Below are positions 1-12,320 of a stretch of 64,000 nucleotides of DNA, piece by piece. Made by a program: the position numbers and the translations under genes. Numbering within the stretch: position 1 is the first letter of the stretch; every line of letters starts with the position of its first letter. Below the pieces are notes generated by a model. It was not told the DNA's origin. It worked only from the letters and a program-made list of their open reading frames with translations, and ran no database searches. Origin of the DNA: Paraspadella gotoi (Eukaryota; Animalia; Chaetognatha); assembly GCA_051294375.1 (NCBI GenBank), contig CM119270.1:8791213-8855212 (forward strand). Reading direction: 5' to 3'.

Positions 1-509
1 AAACTGGTCAGTCGAGGTGACATTGCGTCAAAGACTAGATAATTGCTTTCCAATCAACTCGCTCTCTGTTTTTTCCAGTCTGTAGTTCGTTAGTAAGGAA
101 AATATTTTTGTCATTTCTCTCTCGCTCTCTCTTTCTCTCCCGCTCCCGCTCCCGCTCCCGCTCCATTCTCCCCCACCCCCTCTAGTTACATTCAATTATG
201 GTCATTTTGGTATAATATGTTTAGTCCAAGTCTAGACCGGGGAGGAAATTAAACAAATTACAGGAAGCACAGGGTCAAAAATATAATTTAATCTAGAACT
301 CTGTTCGAGTAAGCACTAACAGAGAATAGTCGTTTCCGTTGTATTTAAAAATATAGATTGATACATACTGTAAATTTACTCTGACAAATTCTATTGAAGA
401 TAATAAAAGAAGGAACGTTTTTGATGCTGAGGTTTCAAGTTTTTATCTATTCTGAATTTATTTATTATGTTTATTTCAATATTGTATTGATATGCGATCG
501 TTAAATCAG

Positions 510-3386
510 GAACGCGAGCGCGAGCTCCATCGCGAGAGCCAACTCCACTCGTCCAGCGCGCAGGAGCAAGAGGCGCTCCGACGCGAGATGGGCGCCCTGA
601 AGAACGTCAACCAACGCCTGCACGACGCCAATGACGAACTTCGCGAGACGCTAGTGGCGTCTCCGATGCAACCGCGTCATTCGTCACATCGTGGGCGTGG
701 ACAAACAGAAAGCGGCGTGGTCCTTGGCAACGGCGCCGCTGGCGCGGTTAGCAACCCAGAAAGTGACGCTGATCCTCCGCGCCGCGGATCCCTTTTTGAA
801 GAGATGACTATCAAAGCGGCGTCGGCGCCGGCAGCGGCGACGGCGCCGCCATCGCGATCTCTCGGTCTCTCGCCGGAATCTGAAGTGGTGGCCGACCTCC
901 TTGCCCGTGACCGCGCCCTCAGCGACTCCGACGGCGTTTTTCGCCCCAACGAATCTAACAACAACAACAAGGGCAATGAGACGCTCCTCGACGGCCGCGC
1001 CAACGCTATCAACGACGTCGTCGACGCCAGAGTCCAGGACTTCGTCTCCAACTCCTGCTCCAACCCTCACCCCAACAACTACGCCGACTCTGGTTTCGAC
1101 GACGGACCCCAAGGCCTCGCCGACGGCGTCGTCGTCGCAGCCGGCACGGCGACGGCGCCACGGTTCGACGAGGAACTCATGAGTAAATTGCAGCGTCTTC
1201 AGCTCGGAGACGAAGCGCCGGTGTCGCCGACGCCGCACTTGGACGTCTCTACGGACAAAGAGGCGGAGAAGACGCCGTCGCAGAGGTCGTCGTCCTTGCG
1301 TCGATCGATTCGAAGGTCGTTGAGGTGGATCGCGCCGTCGAGATCGCCCGGGGAGATGAGCTCAACGCCCTCGAGTCCCAGGTCTGAATACGGGAGAGGA
1401 TTTGGAGCGAGATGGGTGACCGCTCGAGGGTTTTAGCTTTTCTGAATGCTTCTCAATTTAACTGAGAATAGGTATTTTTAGTATGAATTGCGTTTGAGTG
1501 ATTATTATTCTTTCTTCATTCTTTGAATCTACATTCATTCATTGTTTCATTAATTAATTAATTAATTAATTCATTCAATCATACATTTCTTTTATTATCT
1601 AATATAAATCATTCCTTGATACCCCACAGGTCGGAATACCAAACGCCATTCTTCAAGACCCCCTTCGCCTCTTTCCACAACTCCTTCCGAAGCAAAAGAT
1701 CTTCTACTCTTCCCGCGTCAACCTCCTCACCGATTCTCCTGCAGCCGGAGATGCAGCAAATGCAGTCGCAGCAGCGTCCTGCATTGGAGGTTGAGGACGT
1801 GCAGCAGGACAACGTACCCGACAGAATGTTCAAGGTAAGTTCATCGAATGTTTTACTTGTTTAGTTAGTTAGTTAGTTTAGTTAGTCCACAAATTGACCA
1901 AATGCAATCAAGAAAATAAGAACGAGAGTACAGTTTCAAGTGGTGGCTTTACTTATATCGCCTCGTCCTGGAAAAACCCTGCAGGTGGTTTTCGCGGGCG
2001 ACGCGGCGGTCGGCAAATCCTCCTTCATACTTCGTCTCTGCAAGGGCGTCTTCTCCTCCAACACGAGCTCAACTCTGGGCGTCGATTTCCACATGAAAAC
2101 GATTCGCGTCCAAGACAAGACGACGCTGCTGCAACTGTGGGACACGGCTGGGCAGGAGAGATTTAGATCGATCACCAGGTAAGACAACTGTGAGGACTTA
2201 GTGAAGCTAGAAGTACACTTTCAGCTATCGAGATTTTGAGCTAAATTTACACCTTAAGCAATAGTGATGTTTTGCAAAATCTCAGAAAAATGACATTCTG
2301 TGCTGTTCGTTATTTGTGATGTATAAAGTCGTAATCCCTTTTTGTTTTCCTTGATTTATTAGAACATTCTTACCCTCCAAAACATTTTTTTTCATTGTTA
2401 TTTTATTTCTCTTTGACTCCCAACAAATATTCATTTTTCGGCATGCCACTCAATTACTCCGGTTTTAGTTCCCTTTGTTTTTTTCCCTTTATCATTTTTT
2501 TTCTTCTGCCCAATTAAACAGCCCATTTTCTCTTAGGTTTTCCCTTTCACCAACCATCCAGTCACCATTCTTTCACTTTCTAATCACTATTATTTCGTTC
2601 ACCATTCATCTAGTCAAAATGTATTCACTGACTGTGCCACGAGGGTTTCGGTAGCATGAGAAGAAAAGAATCTCACACTGACCATCCTTTTAGACGCTAT
2701 TTTTTTTATTTACAATAAATTCAAGCTCCCATTCATTCACTATTCTTTCATTCACCACTTTATTAAACATTCTCTATTCAACATCCTCCTTCACAGATCC
2801 TACTTCCGCAAGGCTGACGGGGTTCTCCTCCTCTACGACATTTCCTCCCTTCACTCCTTTCTTTCCGTCCGCGATTGGATCCAGACGATCGAGGAAGATT
2901 CTCTTCAAAAAGTTCCCGTCATCCTCTGCGGGAACAAGGCGGATTTGAGAGAGAGCCTCAGCGCCTGGGGAAAGACGGCGGTTTCGTTCCAGGACGGAGA
3001 AAGGTGATTTTGACAATTTTTAAAAAAAAAACTTATCGGTTTTATTTTGCTTTGGTTTTGAGAAAATCTATAGAGACCTTGCGATGAAATGCAATGCAAT
3101 GCTTCTAAAGCTTTTTAGTTTTTTTTTCTTTGAAGAAAAAAACATTAACTTAAAACCCTTTTCAAGATTGGCTCAAGAATGCGAGGCCATATTCGTCGAA
3201 ACGTCGGCCAAAAGCGGCGCCGGTGTCGAAGAGGCTCTGCGCCATCTCGTGGCGTTGATGCGCGCCAACGAAGACATGAGAGTCAAAACTTCCGGGATTC
3301 AATTGCAGTCGGACGGAGAATCGGTGAAGCGTGACAGATGTTGCGGAGTGGGAAAGTGGAACGGAGGGAGAAAGGGAGAAACGTGA
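510..3386 (+). CDS. RASEF: RASEF/Rab45-like large Rab GTPase, 3' portion (5' exons lie upstream of the window or were not resolved)
   Basis: Exons 510-1381, 1630-1834, 1985-2178, 2797-3003 and 3167-3386 join in frame at GT-AG sites. They give a coiled coil ([26 protein letters not shown]), a disordered linker, then a Rab domain: [68 protein letters not shown]. Coiled coil plus this Rab signature fits the RASEF/Rab44/CRACR2A group. Confidence 0.85.
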
Positions 3387-6285
3387 GGATGGGTAGGGTT
3401 GGGTCAGGGTATGGGTTGGGAATGGGAAAAAGGGTCAATTGAAGAAACGGGTCAAAAAGATGATACTTATTTAGAGGGTGAGCGTTTAGGTTCATTCTTG
3501 GTCGGAAATTAAGAATGGATAAAGAAAGGCGGAAGCAAAAAATATTGATAGTTTTTAATCTTTGGCTGTGTTCAAATTTAGGGAATTAACACATTTTACT
3601 AGCTTGGCTTTTATTGCTTCAATAATTTAAAAAAAATATAGGATTGCCATTTGAATTTTTAATAAAATGTTTCCCGAAATTTACAAATTACGAAGATCTC
3701 CTATCTTTAGAGGTTTGATTTTTAGTTTTTTTCAGTAACAGGGGCTACAACTGTAATGTTCTTGTGATTATTGCTTAACGCTATCGATCTGGGTTTCTTC
3801 TATATTATTAGTTCCTGATTTTTCACATCTTTTTAATTGTTAGCAGCAAACAGGATCGAAAAATTGAATCAAGATGTAATGAAAACTATCAACTGTCACT
3901 TGTGAATAAACTCTCACTGCATCTTCTAGTCATATTCTCATTCATTTTTTGGTCTCTAATTTGGGATTATTTTAAAAAATCAGTGACGGTTTGTTATAAA
4001 AGCCCTATTCTTTTTGATTGGCTTTTTTTTTTAAACTTAAATTGTAATCATTGGGTCACAATCGTTTACAGACTTTCTTATAATATTTAAAATAAACATT
4101 TATTTATGTGCTACGTATACTTTTTTCCGATATATATGTCTTAACTTAACAGAAGAGTACATTATTGTAAAACATCAAGAGAAGAGAGAGATAAGGAGAG
4201 AGAGAGAGAAAGGGAGAGGGAGAGGAAGGAGTTCGCCTTAAAATAAAGATTGTGAAAGATGCAGACAGGTTGAAATATTCCATATGACGTATTTCCCCAT
4301 TCAGCTGAAAAAATTTTTTTTCCAAGTGGAGACTGACCACGACCCTAATATTTGAACCACAACGGTGACGATATGACAAAAAGAAGAAAAGCAAAATGTT
4401 GTTCGCTTGGTATAAACAAAAATATAAGAAAATCCGTCACGCTAAAAATATATCATGATTTCAATGAGTCGTAAACTTTACTTTCAGGGGAATAAACACA
4501 AAAACACACAAAACTAAAAAAAAAAAAGGAAATCCATCTCAGACCAACGACCAACGACTGTTGACAATTGTCAGGATTTACGACATCAGAAACGTCAAGC
4601 CACGCCTTCTTTTTTGACTCCAGCCGAGAATCTATTGGTTTGACCTCAATTATGAAAGGCGCGACCCACAACTGCGACGAGTTGGGAACTATTGATTTAA
4701 AGGTTCCGTTTTGTCGCCGTGTTCTAAATGGCGCTGAAAAAAGCATGACGTGGCATGGTGCGGAATGGTAATGAAGTACAACGAAATGAGACCCTTAAAG
4801 TCGAACGTAAATATACGTAGTTAAATTGAATCATCTCACGATTATGGCTTAGCTGAAAGAGCCACACTTCGCAACCTAAAAGCGGTTGCATGGAGCATAT
4901 GCGCACAACTATTGTTTATATATATTTGTATATATAATGCATATATTTATGTATGTATTTTCATAAAAGATTACTCTTTAATTTAGAAAAAAATTTTTTT
5001 ACATTTTAAAGAAAACACGGTTTTCTTCTTTGCTTAAGCTTGGATATGATTGTTGGTCGTCGTTGTCGTTATTATAAATGTTGTCGTTGTCGTAATGATC
5101 ATGTCAGCGCCATCGCGGTCCTCGTGATATTCGATCGGAAGGACGACACGAGATTTAATTGGTTTTTGCCCAGACCAGGAGGCGTCTCCACGTCGATCGA
5201 GGGCGTGGTTGTGACAACCGGAAATCTCTCCATTTGAGTCGTCTTCGCAGAGTGAGAGAGAGAGAGAGAGAGAGAGGATGGAGATGTACAATTTTCTCAT
5301 TATCTCGATGACAGTTGACTGAAGAGACAAGACTTTGCGTCTTTTGAGTTCAGGAAGGAATCTTTATTTCAAGATTTAAATTTCAAGATTTAAATTTCAA
5401 GATTTCAAAAATATACATAATAATTTCTTTATGGATTTAAAAAAAATAAAAACACCAGAAAAGAAAACTTATAGCCACGGCAGGAAAGTGACGGGGGACT
5501 TCAAAACTTTTGAAAACTCTTACAAACTTGTAAGTGGTGACTGGGTCTCAATGCAGTCATGATAGAATTTTTTTATTGATGTTGATCGTTAGAGAATTCT
5601 ATCGAAGTAGAAATCTTTCTGCTCATTCAGTCAATTTTAAAAACTATGATGTACTAAACAATTTATAAAGACTTTCCAATTTCTTTGTGATGTTCTTTTT
5701 TTTTTCTTGATCGATATTCGTCTCTTGAATCATCAGTTTTTTCTTCCTTTTCCTCCGCGCGTCTTTTCTTTTTTTTTTATTCCTCCCTTCTCTATTCTTC
5801 TCTTTCAATTCTCTTCACCTTACCTCCTTCCTCCCTTTTCTACTCCGTCTGAATTTTGACGAGAAGCGACTCTCTAAGGCAGATAAAAAGTGCTTAGCTT
5901 CTCATAAAAAGTAATTACATCCGGAGTTTGAAAAACCTCAAAGGATTAGATTACATACGGAAACAATTTTTTTTTATCTTATTGAGGTTGTTTCCGAAAA
6001 AAAAAAAATTCGTGTCTGTATTCCGCTGATAAGGTTTTTTTTGTTTCGCTTTCGTGAGTTAAAACTTAGTAGTACGTTATGCTAAAAGTTCAGGTTGGAA
6101 AGAGCTTTCAGTAAAACACAAGCGCGCGAAGATTCAAATGCACGCAATGACAACTTCATGTACTGATCGCACGAAGTGACAGCGATTTTAAAACCATACA
6201 AATTTCTCGCGAACGCCGGCTTTTACCCTCCAGTCTCCATCGTTAAGCTTTCATAACGGTCGATGGAAATTAGTCACCCAGGTGG

Positions 6286-6291
6286 TATAAA
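6286..6291 (+). promoter_or_regulatory. TATA box of the prepropeptide gene
   Basis: GGTATAAAGGG about 70 nt upstream of a donor site (TTCAG|GTATAT at 6361), consistent with a short non-coding first exon. Confidence 0.5.
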
Positions 6292-6514
6292 GGGCAAAAT
6301 GTTTTTTTATATAATCAAACATAAATAAGAGATACGAGATACTAACTGCGAATTATTCAGGTATATATTTTCTCTATTCATCTTTAACATTTTAATTTTG
6401 ATTTTTAATTGTCTCATGTCTGTGTTCAACAACACTTTCCCCGACTTCATTAAATTATGAAATGAACTGACATTGCAATACAAAGTAAAACTCGATTTGG
6501 TTCTTCTTTTATTA

Positions 6515-6657
6515 TGAAATTGGTAGAACCAATATAAAAATTATCCATTCATTTAATAAATAAGCTATCTTGCCCCTGACTTTGGACAGGCTTTGGTGGT
6601 TTAAGGCCTCCATCACTCTTACAAGATAATTACATAGCAGGTCCCTGCAAGCTTTCA
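6515..6657 (+). mobile_element. Dispersed ~140-bp non-autonomous element, family A
   Basis: Related copies at about 19655-19792, 29371-29484 and 32127-32260. Isolated left termini (TGAAATTGGTACAACCAAT-like) at about 46509 (+), 50884-50902 (-) and 22060-22075 (-). This copy has TGAAA...TTTCA ends. Confidence 0.75.
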
Positions 6658-7053
6658 TTCAAGACTCTCTAGTAGTCGACAATAAATTCAACTTACTAGA
6701 AAGTGGGTCGTCGTGGCAAAACAAGATTCCCAGGGTGAGTAAAGCGAATCTGGGCCGCTCCCTCATTCTTTTATATCTTTCTTTAAACCTTTCTTTCTCC
6801 TAAAATCGGGACGTTAATGGAAACGATGAAATACGATATTTCCCGTTTTGTCGTTTTGGAGTTTTTTTTCGAGCTTTCTTATACCACAGCTTTTATTTAT
6901 TTTTTTAAATTTTTATTTATTAAAATCTTCTTTTTTTTCTACAGCTCTCGGAATCCATCCTCGAACAATCATAAAACATCAGGAAGAAATCACAAGAATT
7001 CTGAAATCAAGACATTTTTCATTTATCATTTATCATTTATCCAACCGAAAACA

Positions 7054-7461
7054 ATGATGAACCTCAAAGTTTCAACGACGATTGTGGTCCTACTCTTCAT
7101 CGCTTTCATCGGACGAGGAAATGGAAACGAGCTTAACCATAAAGAACCATCGGTGGAAATCAACAGTCGGTACCCGGATGCAATGGAAGCGCCAGAGAAA
7201 AAGAGAATCGCGCCGGAAGATAACGGAAAAGAACCGGAACTAAAGAAGAGAGCTACGATTTCCGGCCTGGAAGTGATAAGAAAGACTTTACTCAATATGT
7301 TGGAAAAAATATCTTCAACGTCTGCGGTTAATCAAGTTGAAAAACGAATGAGTTTCTGCCTCAGCTGCTGCCGTGATCAGATTGAAGGGGCAAATCACAT
7401 CGACATTGGCCTGTGCATGCATCAGTGCAGAACAGGGATGGGACCTTGCCCGGCAGAATGA
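7054..7461 (+). CDS. Secreted prepropeptide (135 aa), neuropeptide/hormone- or toxin-like, with a C-terminal 6-Cys peptide
   Basis: Signal-peptide-like MMNLKVSTTIVVLLFIAFIGRGNG, basic sites KKR, KKR, KR, then MSFCLSCCRDQIEGANHIDIGLCMHQCRTGMGPCPAE. 5'UTR intron 6361-6944 (TTTTCTACAG acceptor) and AATAAA at 7661. Confidence 0.8.
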   Translation: MMNLKVSTTIVVLLFIAFIGRGNGNELNHKEPSVEINSRYPDAMEAPEKKRIAPEDNGKEPELKKRATISGLEVIRKTLLNMLEKISSTSAVNQVEKRMSFCLSCCRDQIEGANHIDIGLCMHQCRTGMGPCPAE

Positions 7462-8549
7462 AGGGGAAACGTCAAATTTTATGAAATAGTATGTACTATG
7501 TAAATACATTAATATTAAAAACATTTAATAATATTCTAAATGTAAAGTCGCGAAAAAAAATTTAAAGGAGTCCCGCCCTATCGTTTCCATTCAATGTATA
7601 TGTTATACATAGTAGACTTAATGTACGTAAATGTGTTAACATAAAGCATTTATTCGTTGTAATAAAAGTATCATTTCATAAACTATAGACACCACAGTTT
7701 GTTCATATATTTTTTTAATTATTGATAAATACAATATATAAATACAGAAGGATAGTTTAAAGACGAGAATACATGAAGGGTAATTCTATTTTGTTGCGCC
7801 GCAGTGATATGACATAACATGACATGACAAGATTAAAAAACTTTTTTTTGCCTGTGTATTCATGAAATGCACTGCATCAAAATTCCGTCTTTTATTCCTT
7901 ATAGTTTTAGGAATTTCTGAAGGCGGCGTAAGCAGTCTCTTAGTCTTGAGGTTTTTTTCCTTTTTAACAAATGAGCAAGCAACTATAAGCAAATTATATG
8001 CATTTTTGTCGTAAGTGGGACAAACCGGCGGACAGTCATACTGACGAACCGACCGACCGATCGAAAAGTGACTTATCGAGTTGTTCCGCGCAACTAAAAA
8101 GAGAAAATAGAGAAAAAATACAAACTCAGAAAGATGGTGCGGATAATTTTTAAGACTTTTTATACCCATATTGGTAGAACCATTTAGGTCCAGGGCCCGG
8201 TGATCGAAACAGAAGTAAGTAAAAATACAGGGCCAGGATTCTAAGTCAGACGAAAGGCAAATTGAGAAAAAATACCCAACACAGATTATTTATCACCATG
8301 AACCATTTAACTCGATAGCCTTTTAGCTAATTCAATTCAACATCTGGTAATAAAGTTGTTATGAAAGACTTCTTTAGACTTCTGCAATAAAAAAAGTGTA
8401 TTATTTTTTTCGATACTTTTTATTTTGCCTTTATCATTTTAACTTAAGCCCCCTCCGAAAATATCCTTTCTCTCTCCCTCAAACAGATGCTTTCGATGAG
8501 TTTTCTTTCCTGTCGGCGAACAGGGAGGTCAGGAGGGCAACGGTCACAC

Positions 8550-8618
<69 letters not shown>

Positions 8619-8772
8619 CAAGTCAATTCACTTGAAAAGATTCACATTTACGGATTTGGAGTTCAAGATTTTCACATGATCAATCTCGATTCTCACGAGA
8701 ATCTCCGCAAATTCCGAAATATTTACCCCTTCAACATTTTCAATTCTAATCATAATTCTAAATAGCTGCTAA

Positions 8773-8808
<36 letters not shown>

Positions 8809-9760
8809 GTCACTCTCTCGCTCTCTCGCTCTCTCGCTCTCTCGCTCTCTCTTTTATTTCTTTTTCTCTCAGACTGAATATTTTATCATTTCCATTTTCC
8901 CATATTTTTCTTCACCCTTTCTTTTCAATCCGTTTTTTAATAATAAGATACGCTAAGACAGCTTTTACTATTACCGTTCTATTATTACAAAGTACAAAGC
9001 ACAAAGTATTTTCATTCGTAGCGCCAAAAACGATTAGAATTATAAACCGTTGACGTTTGAAGTATAACCAACAAACAAAATGATAGAAAACTAAGAAAAA
9101 CGTAATAATGAACCAAACAAATGCCCCCCCCCCCTTAAAAAGGAGAAAAAGTAGTCCGTGCCGTGGCCGTGTTTCTTCTCGCCGGCCGGCACAGTCCAGG
9201 ACGCCCGCCCTAACGTTTCGACTCAAACGACGGAAGTAAACAAACAAAAACAAACACGAATTTTACTATCGAAGGCGAATCGTTGACGTCACTCTTCAAG
9301 GAAACAAACAATTCTTTTATATACAAATAGTTGTATAAAAAAATAGAAAACAAACTTTAAATAGAACGGGTAAAAAGAGGGAAAAAAATCTTTAAAACTA
9401 AAAAAATTCGGAGCAGATTTAAACTGTCAAATATAATGCCAAAGAAATGTGCCATCGCTTTCTCACGATTATTCATTAACACGATCTAATAGGTTTACAC
9501 CCGTTTTTTTCCAAGATGGAAAGAAAATTTCGGGATAAGATTGCGTAAATAAATAAAGGAAAAGTGTAAAAAAAATAAATAAATAAATAAAAGAGAAGAA
9601 AAACCGATTCGATAAAAGGAATATCCAAATATACGCAGTTAGCGACGGAAAGTTGGCTCGATATTTCCCTTTTAAACTCAAGAAATCAACGAACGGAAAT
9701 AAGAAAAGCGCGCGATAAAACATCGAGGAAATGGGAAAAGAGAGAGATGGAATAATATTG

Positions 9761-9818
<58 letters not shown>

Positions 9819-9969
9819 TTCTCGCTCTGGTTAAAGCATAAATCCCGTCGCCCACAGAGTGCGTTTCCCACAGCAAACAACATCAATAAATCAGAATTAG
9901 CGTCAAACCCAAAAAATTTACTGAAATCAGAAGAAAAAAAAAACCACGAAAAAAAATATCTTCTTTTCA

Positions 9970-11571
9970 CTAACTTCCTTTTTCTTTCAGCATCCGCAAC
10001 GATAACAACAACAATAAACCAAAGCAGTGATCGACGACAACAAACGAAAACAGTTGTTCGCGTCCACAAGAAGAGACTCGATGAAACGAAAGGGAACGAA
10101 AGGAAAAGAATGTGTTGTTGAGGGGAAAAAAAAAAGAAACGACGACAACAAAGACGACAAAGAGATGTAGAAATCGCTCACCGTCAACTTCACGTTTCCG
10201 AGGACGAATCCTGACGATCGATCCCTTCGTCTCGCGAGCAGGAGATGAGGAAGAAGCCGAGGAAGGAGACGAAGAAATCAAAGCGGAAGAAGAAGATACA
10301 ATCACGGACTTCGAAATATTGGTTATTTTGTTTTTCGACGACGAGGACCCGGATGTTCGCGATATACTCGTCGTCGTCGGCGTCGTCGTCGTCTTCCTCA
10401 TCTTCCCTGTCCTCTGCCTCGTTAACTCTGGCGTATAAGTCATCGTTTTCGACGACCGAGCATTAACGAGGAAGAGCGGAGTCGAGACGACGGGGCGAGG
10501 GCGGCAAGGCGGGATCGACGTCGCCCGGTTGAGTGGAGTTGCTTCGTTGCGGTGAAGTGGAGGGGAATTTCTCGCGCTTTTTTCGTGGATGCTTTTCGCT
10601 ATTTCCTTCTCGTTCTCTTCTCTTTTACTTCTTTCCTTTCTCCTTTTCTTTTTAGTTTTTCCTTCCTCTCTTAGCTCCACCCGTTTTTCATTCTTTATTC
10701 CTTTCTTCCTCCCAAAACTCCCAACATTAACGTCCTTCCTTGACTCTCTCTTCATATTTCCCATGTTATTTTTTTCATAGTTTCCCCGGTTTAATCTTTC
10801 CTCCCTCTCTTTTCTTCCTCCTCTCTTCCTCCATCCTTTATCCTTTTCAAGTCTCTTTTCTCTACCATTTAAATTCTTACACTTTCGCGACCCCCGACAC
10901 TCCCCCCAATGCGACCCCCGACTCTCTCTCCACCGCCACCAACTCATCTCAACGACGCGCTCCAACCCTCGACCCCTGGGGAGAAAAGCGAAGCCTCCCT
11001 GCGTCGCTGGGTGGAGGCGGGCGGCGACTGAGGCGGCACGGGGAGACAAGGGTGCGAGGGTAGAGGCGGGAAGGCGTCGGGGGTGGGGATCATCGATCCC
11101 TTTGTGGGGGGATGGCGATTCAGGCAACGTGGAATCGATTGGGGATCGAAAAATGGCGCCGCGTTGCTGGGTTCGAGCATTAGCGCCGGAAGAGACGGCG
11201 CCTTCACCAAAAGAAGAAAGAAAAAACGGCGACGAGTCACGAACGATGCGACGATTCGCCGGGCGCCGTCTAGATTTTGCGCCATTAAAGTGAGAAGCTG
11301 GTGAAATCGATCTGGAGAAGTCGAAATCCGATTCCATCCAATCCCGAAGACGGCGCCATCGAGATTCCACGACGCGACGGAGATGGGACGCCGACGACGA
11401 GAAAGACGACGACTCGACGCCGAAAACCGAGGGAGATGGAATCGGGGGGAATATCGGGTTAAACGGCGCCGGGGAATCCGCTACGATCGATGCAAATTTC
11501 AGGGTCGCTGTTGTTGTTGTTGTTGTTGTTGTGATTGATAGGAATTCAGGGGTTGATGTTGTTTTTTCCAT
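9970..11571 (-). CDS. Putative orphan, low-complexity Ser/Thr/Arg/Lys-rich protein (533 aa ORF)
   Basis: Uninterrupted 533-codon ORF with ATG start, GC/CpG-rich like neighbouring exons. No recognisable domain; the true 3' end is uncertain because of homopolymer runs. Confidence 0.4.
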   Translation of the reverse strand: MEKTTSTPEFLSITTTTTTTTATLKFASIVADSPAPFNPIFPPIPSPSVFGVESSSFSSSASHLRRVVESRWRRLRDWMESDFDFSRSISPASHFNGAKSRRRPANRRIVRDSSPFFLSSFGEGAVSSGANARTQQRGAIFRSPIDSTLPESPSPHKGIDDPHPRRLPASTLAPLSPRAASVAARLHPATQGGFAFLPRGRGLERVVEMSWWRWRESRGSHWGECRGSRKCKNLNGREKRLEKDKGWRKRGGRKEREERLNRGNYEKNNMGNMKRESRKDVNVGSFGRKKGIKNEKRVELREEGKTKKKRRKERSKREENEKEIAKSIHEKSARNSPPLHRNEATPLNRATSIPPCRPRPVVSTPLFLVNARSSKTMTYTPELTRQRTGKMRKTTTTPTTTSISRTSGSSSSKNKITNISKSVIVSSSSALISSSPSSASSSSPARETKGSIVRIRPRKREVDGERFLHLFVVFVVVVSFFFPLNNTFFSFRSLSFHRVSSCGREQLFSFVVVDHCFGLLLLLSLRMLKEKGS

Positions 11572-12288
11572 AGTCGTCCTGGTTGCTCAGGTGTTATTGT
11601 TTTAGGATGAGAACAACGGGAACATCGTGACAGGGGTCATGCTGATTGGATTAGTATTTCCTTATTTGTAAATTGTAAAAAAGTGATCGGCGATTATTTG
11701 ATATAATCCGTGACTGACTTTGAGACGAAATAGTTAATTTTGTAGGGGTTAATAATATATGTCCAAAATCGACAAAAGCAGCTCTGTAAAAAAAAACAGT
11801 TTATATTTTTTTAACCGGTCTAGTTCATTGTGAAACGTTTTCGATATGATTCGTCATAGTTTTACACGACAAATGGTTTCGACTACTTAAAGAGCGGAAT
11901 AAAGAATGATATTGCAATCGATCAAGTTTTCCCCTAAGTTAAAATATTTGTGATTGTTTTTTCTTTCCTATCTTTATAAAAGTGATTCCGTGACTCTTTA
12001 ACCAACATTTGCTTCAAACTGAAAAAGGGAGAAACGAGGAGAGCAACTCTGTAGTGAATTCTTTATCTTTTATTTAAAATCTTTGTCGAGTAGGAATTGT
12101 GGCGCCTGATAATAAATTATTTTATTGAGATTTTTAATCAACTCTAAAAATTAAAAATTAAAACGTTTTGCTATTCGTTGAGTATTTGATACTACAATCA
12201 ACAATTGGCTTGACATTTAATAAATTTTTATTTTCTCTCTATATCTCTCTCTCTCTCTGTCTCTCTCTCTCTCTCCTCTTCTTCTCTT

Positions 12289-12320
<32 letters not shown>

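Noticed and set aside
677-1238. Antisense and alternative-frame ORFs overlapping GC-rich exons (also 26265-27295 and 32773-34242)
   Set aside because: Shadow ORFs of real coding exons with no independent signals.
6817-7053. N-terminal extension of the prepropeptide in the 214-aa ORF call
   Set aside because: It runs through an intron polypyrimidine tract and acceptor (6944); the signal peptide begins at ATG 7054.
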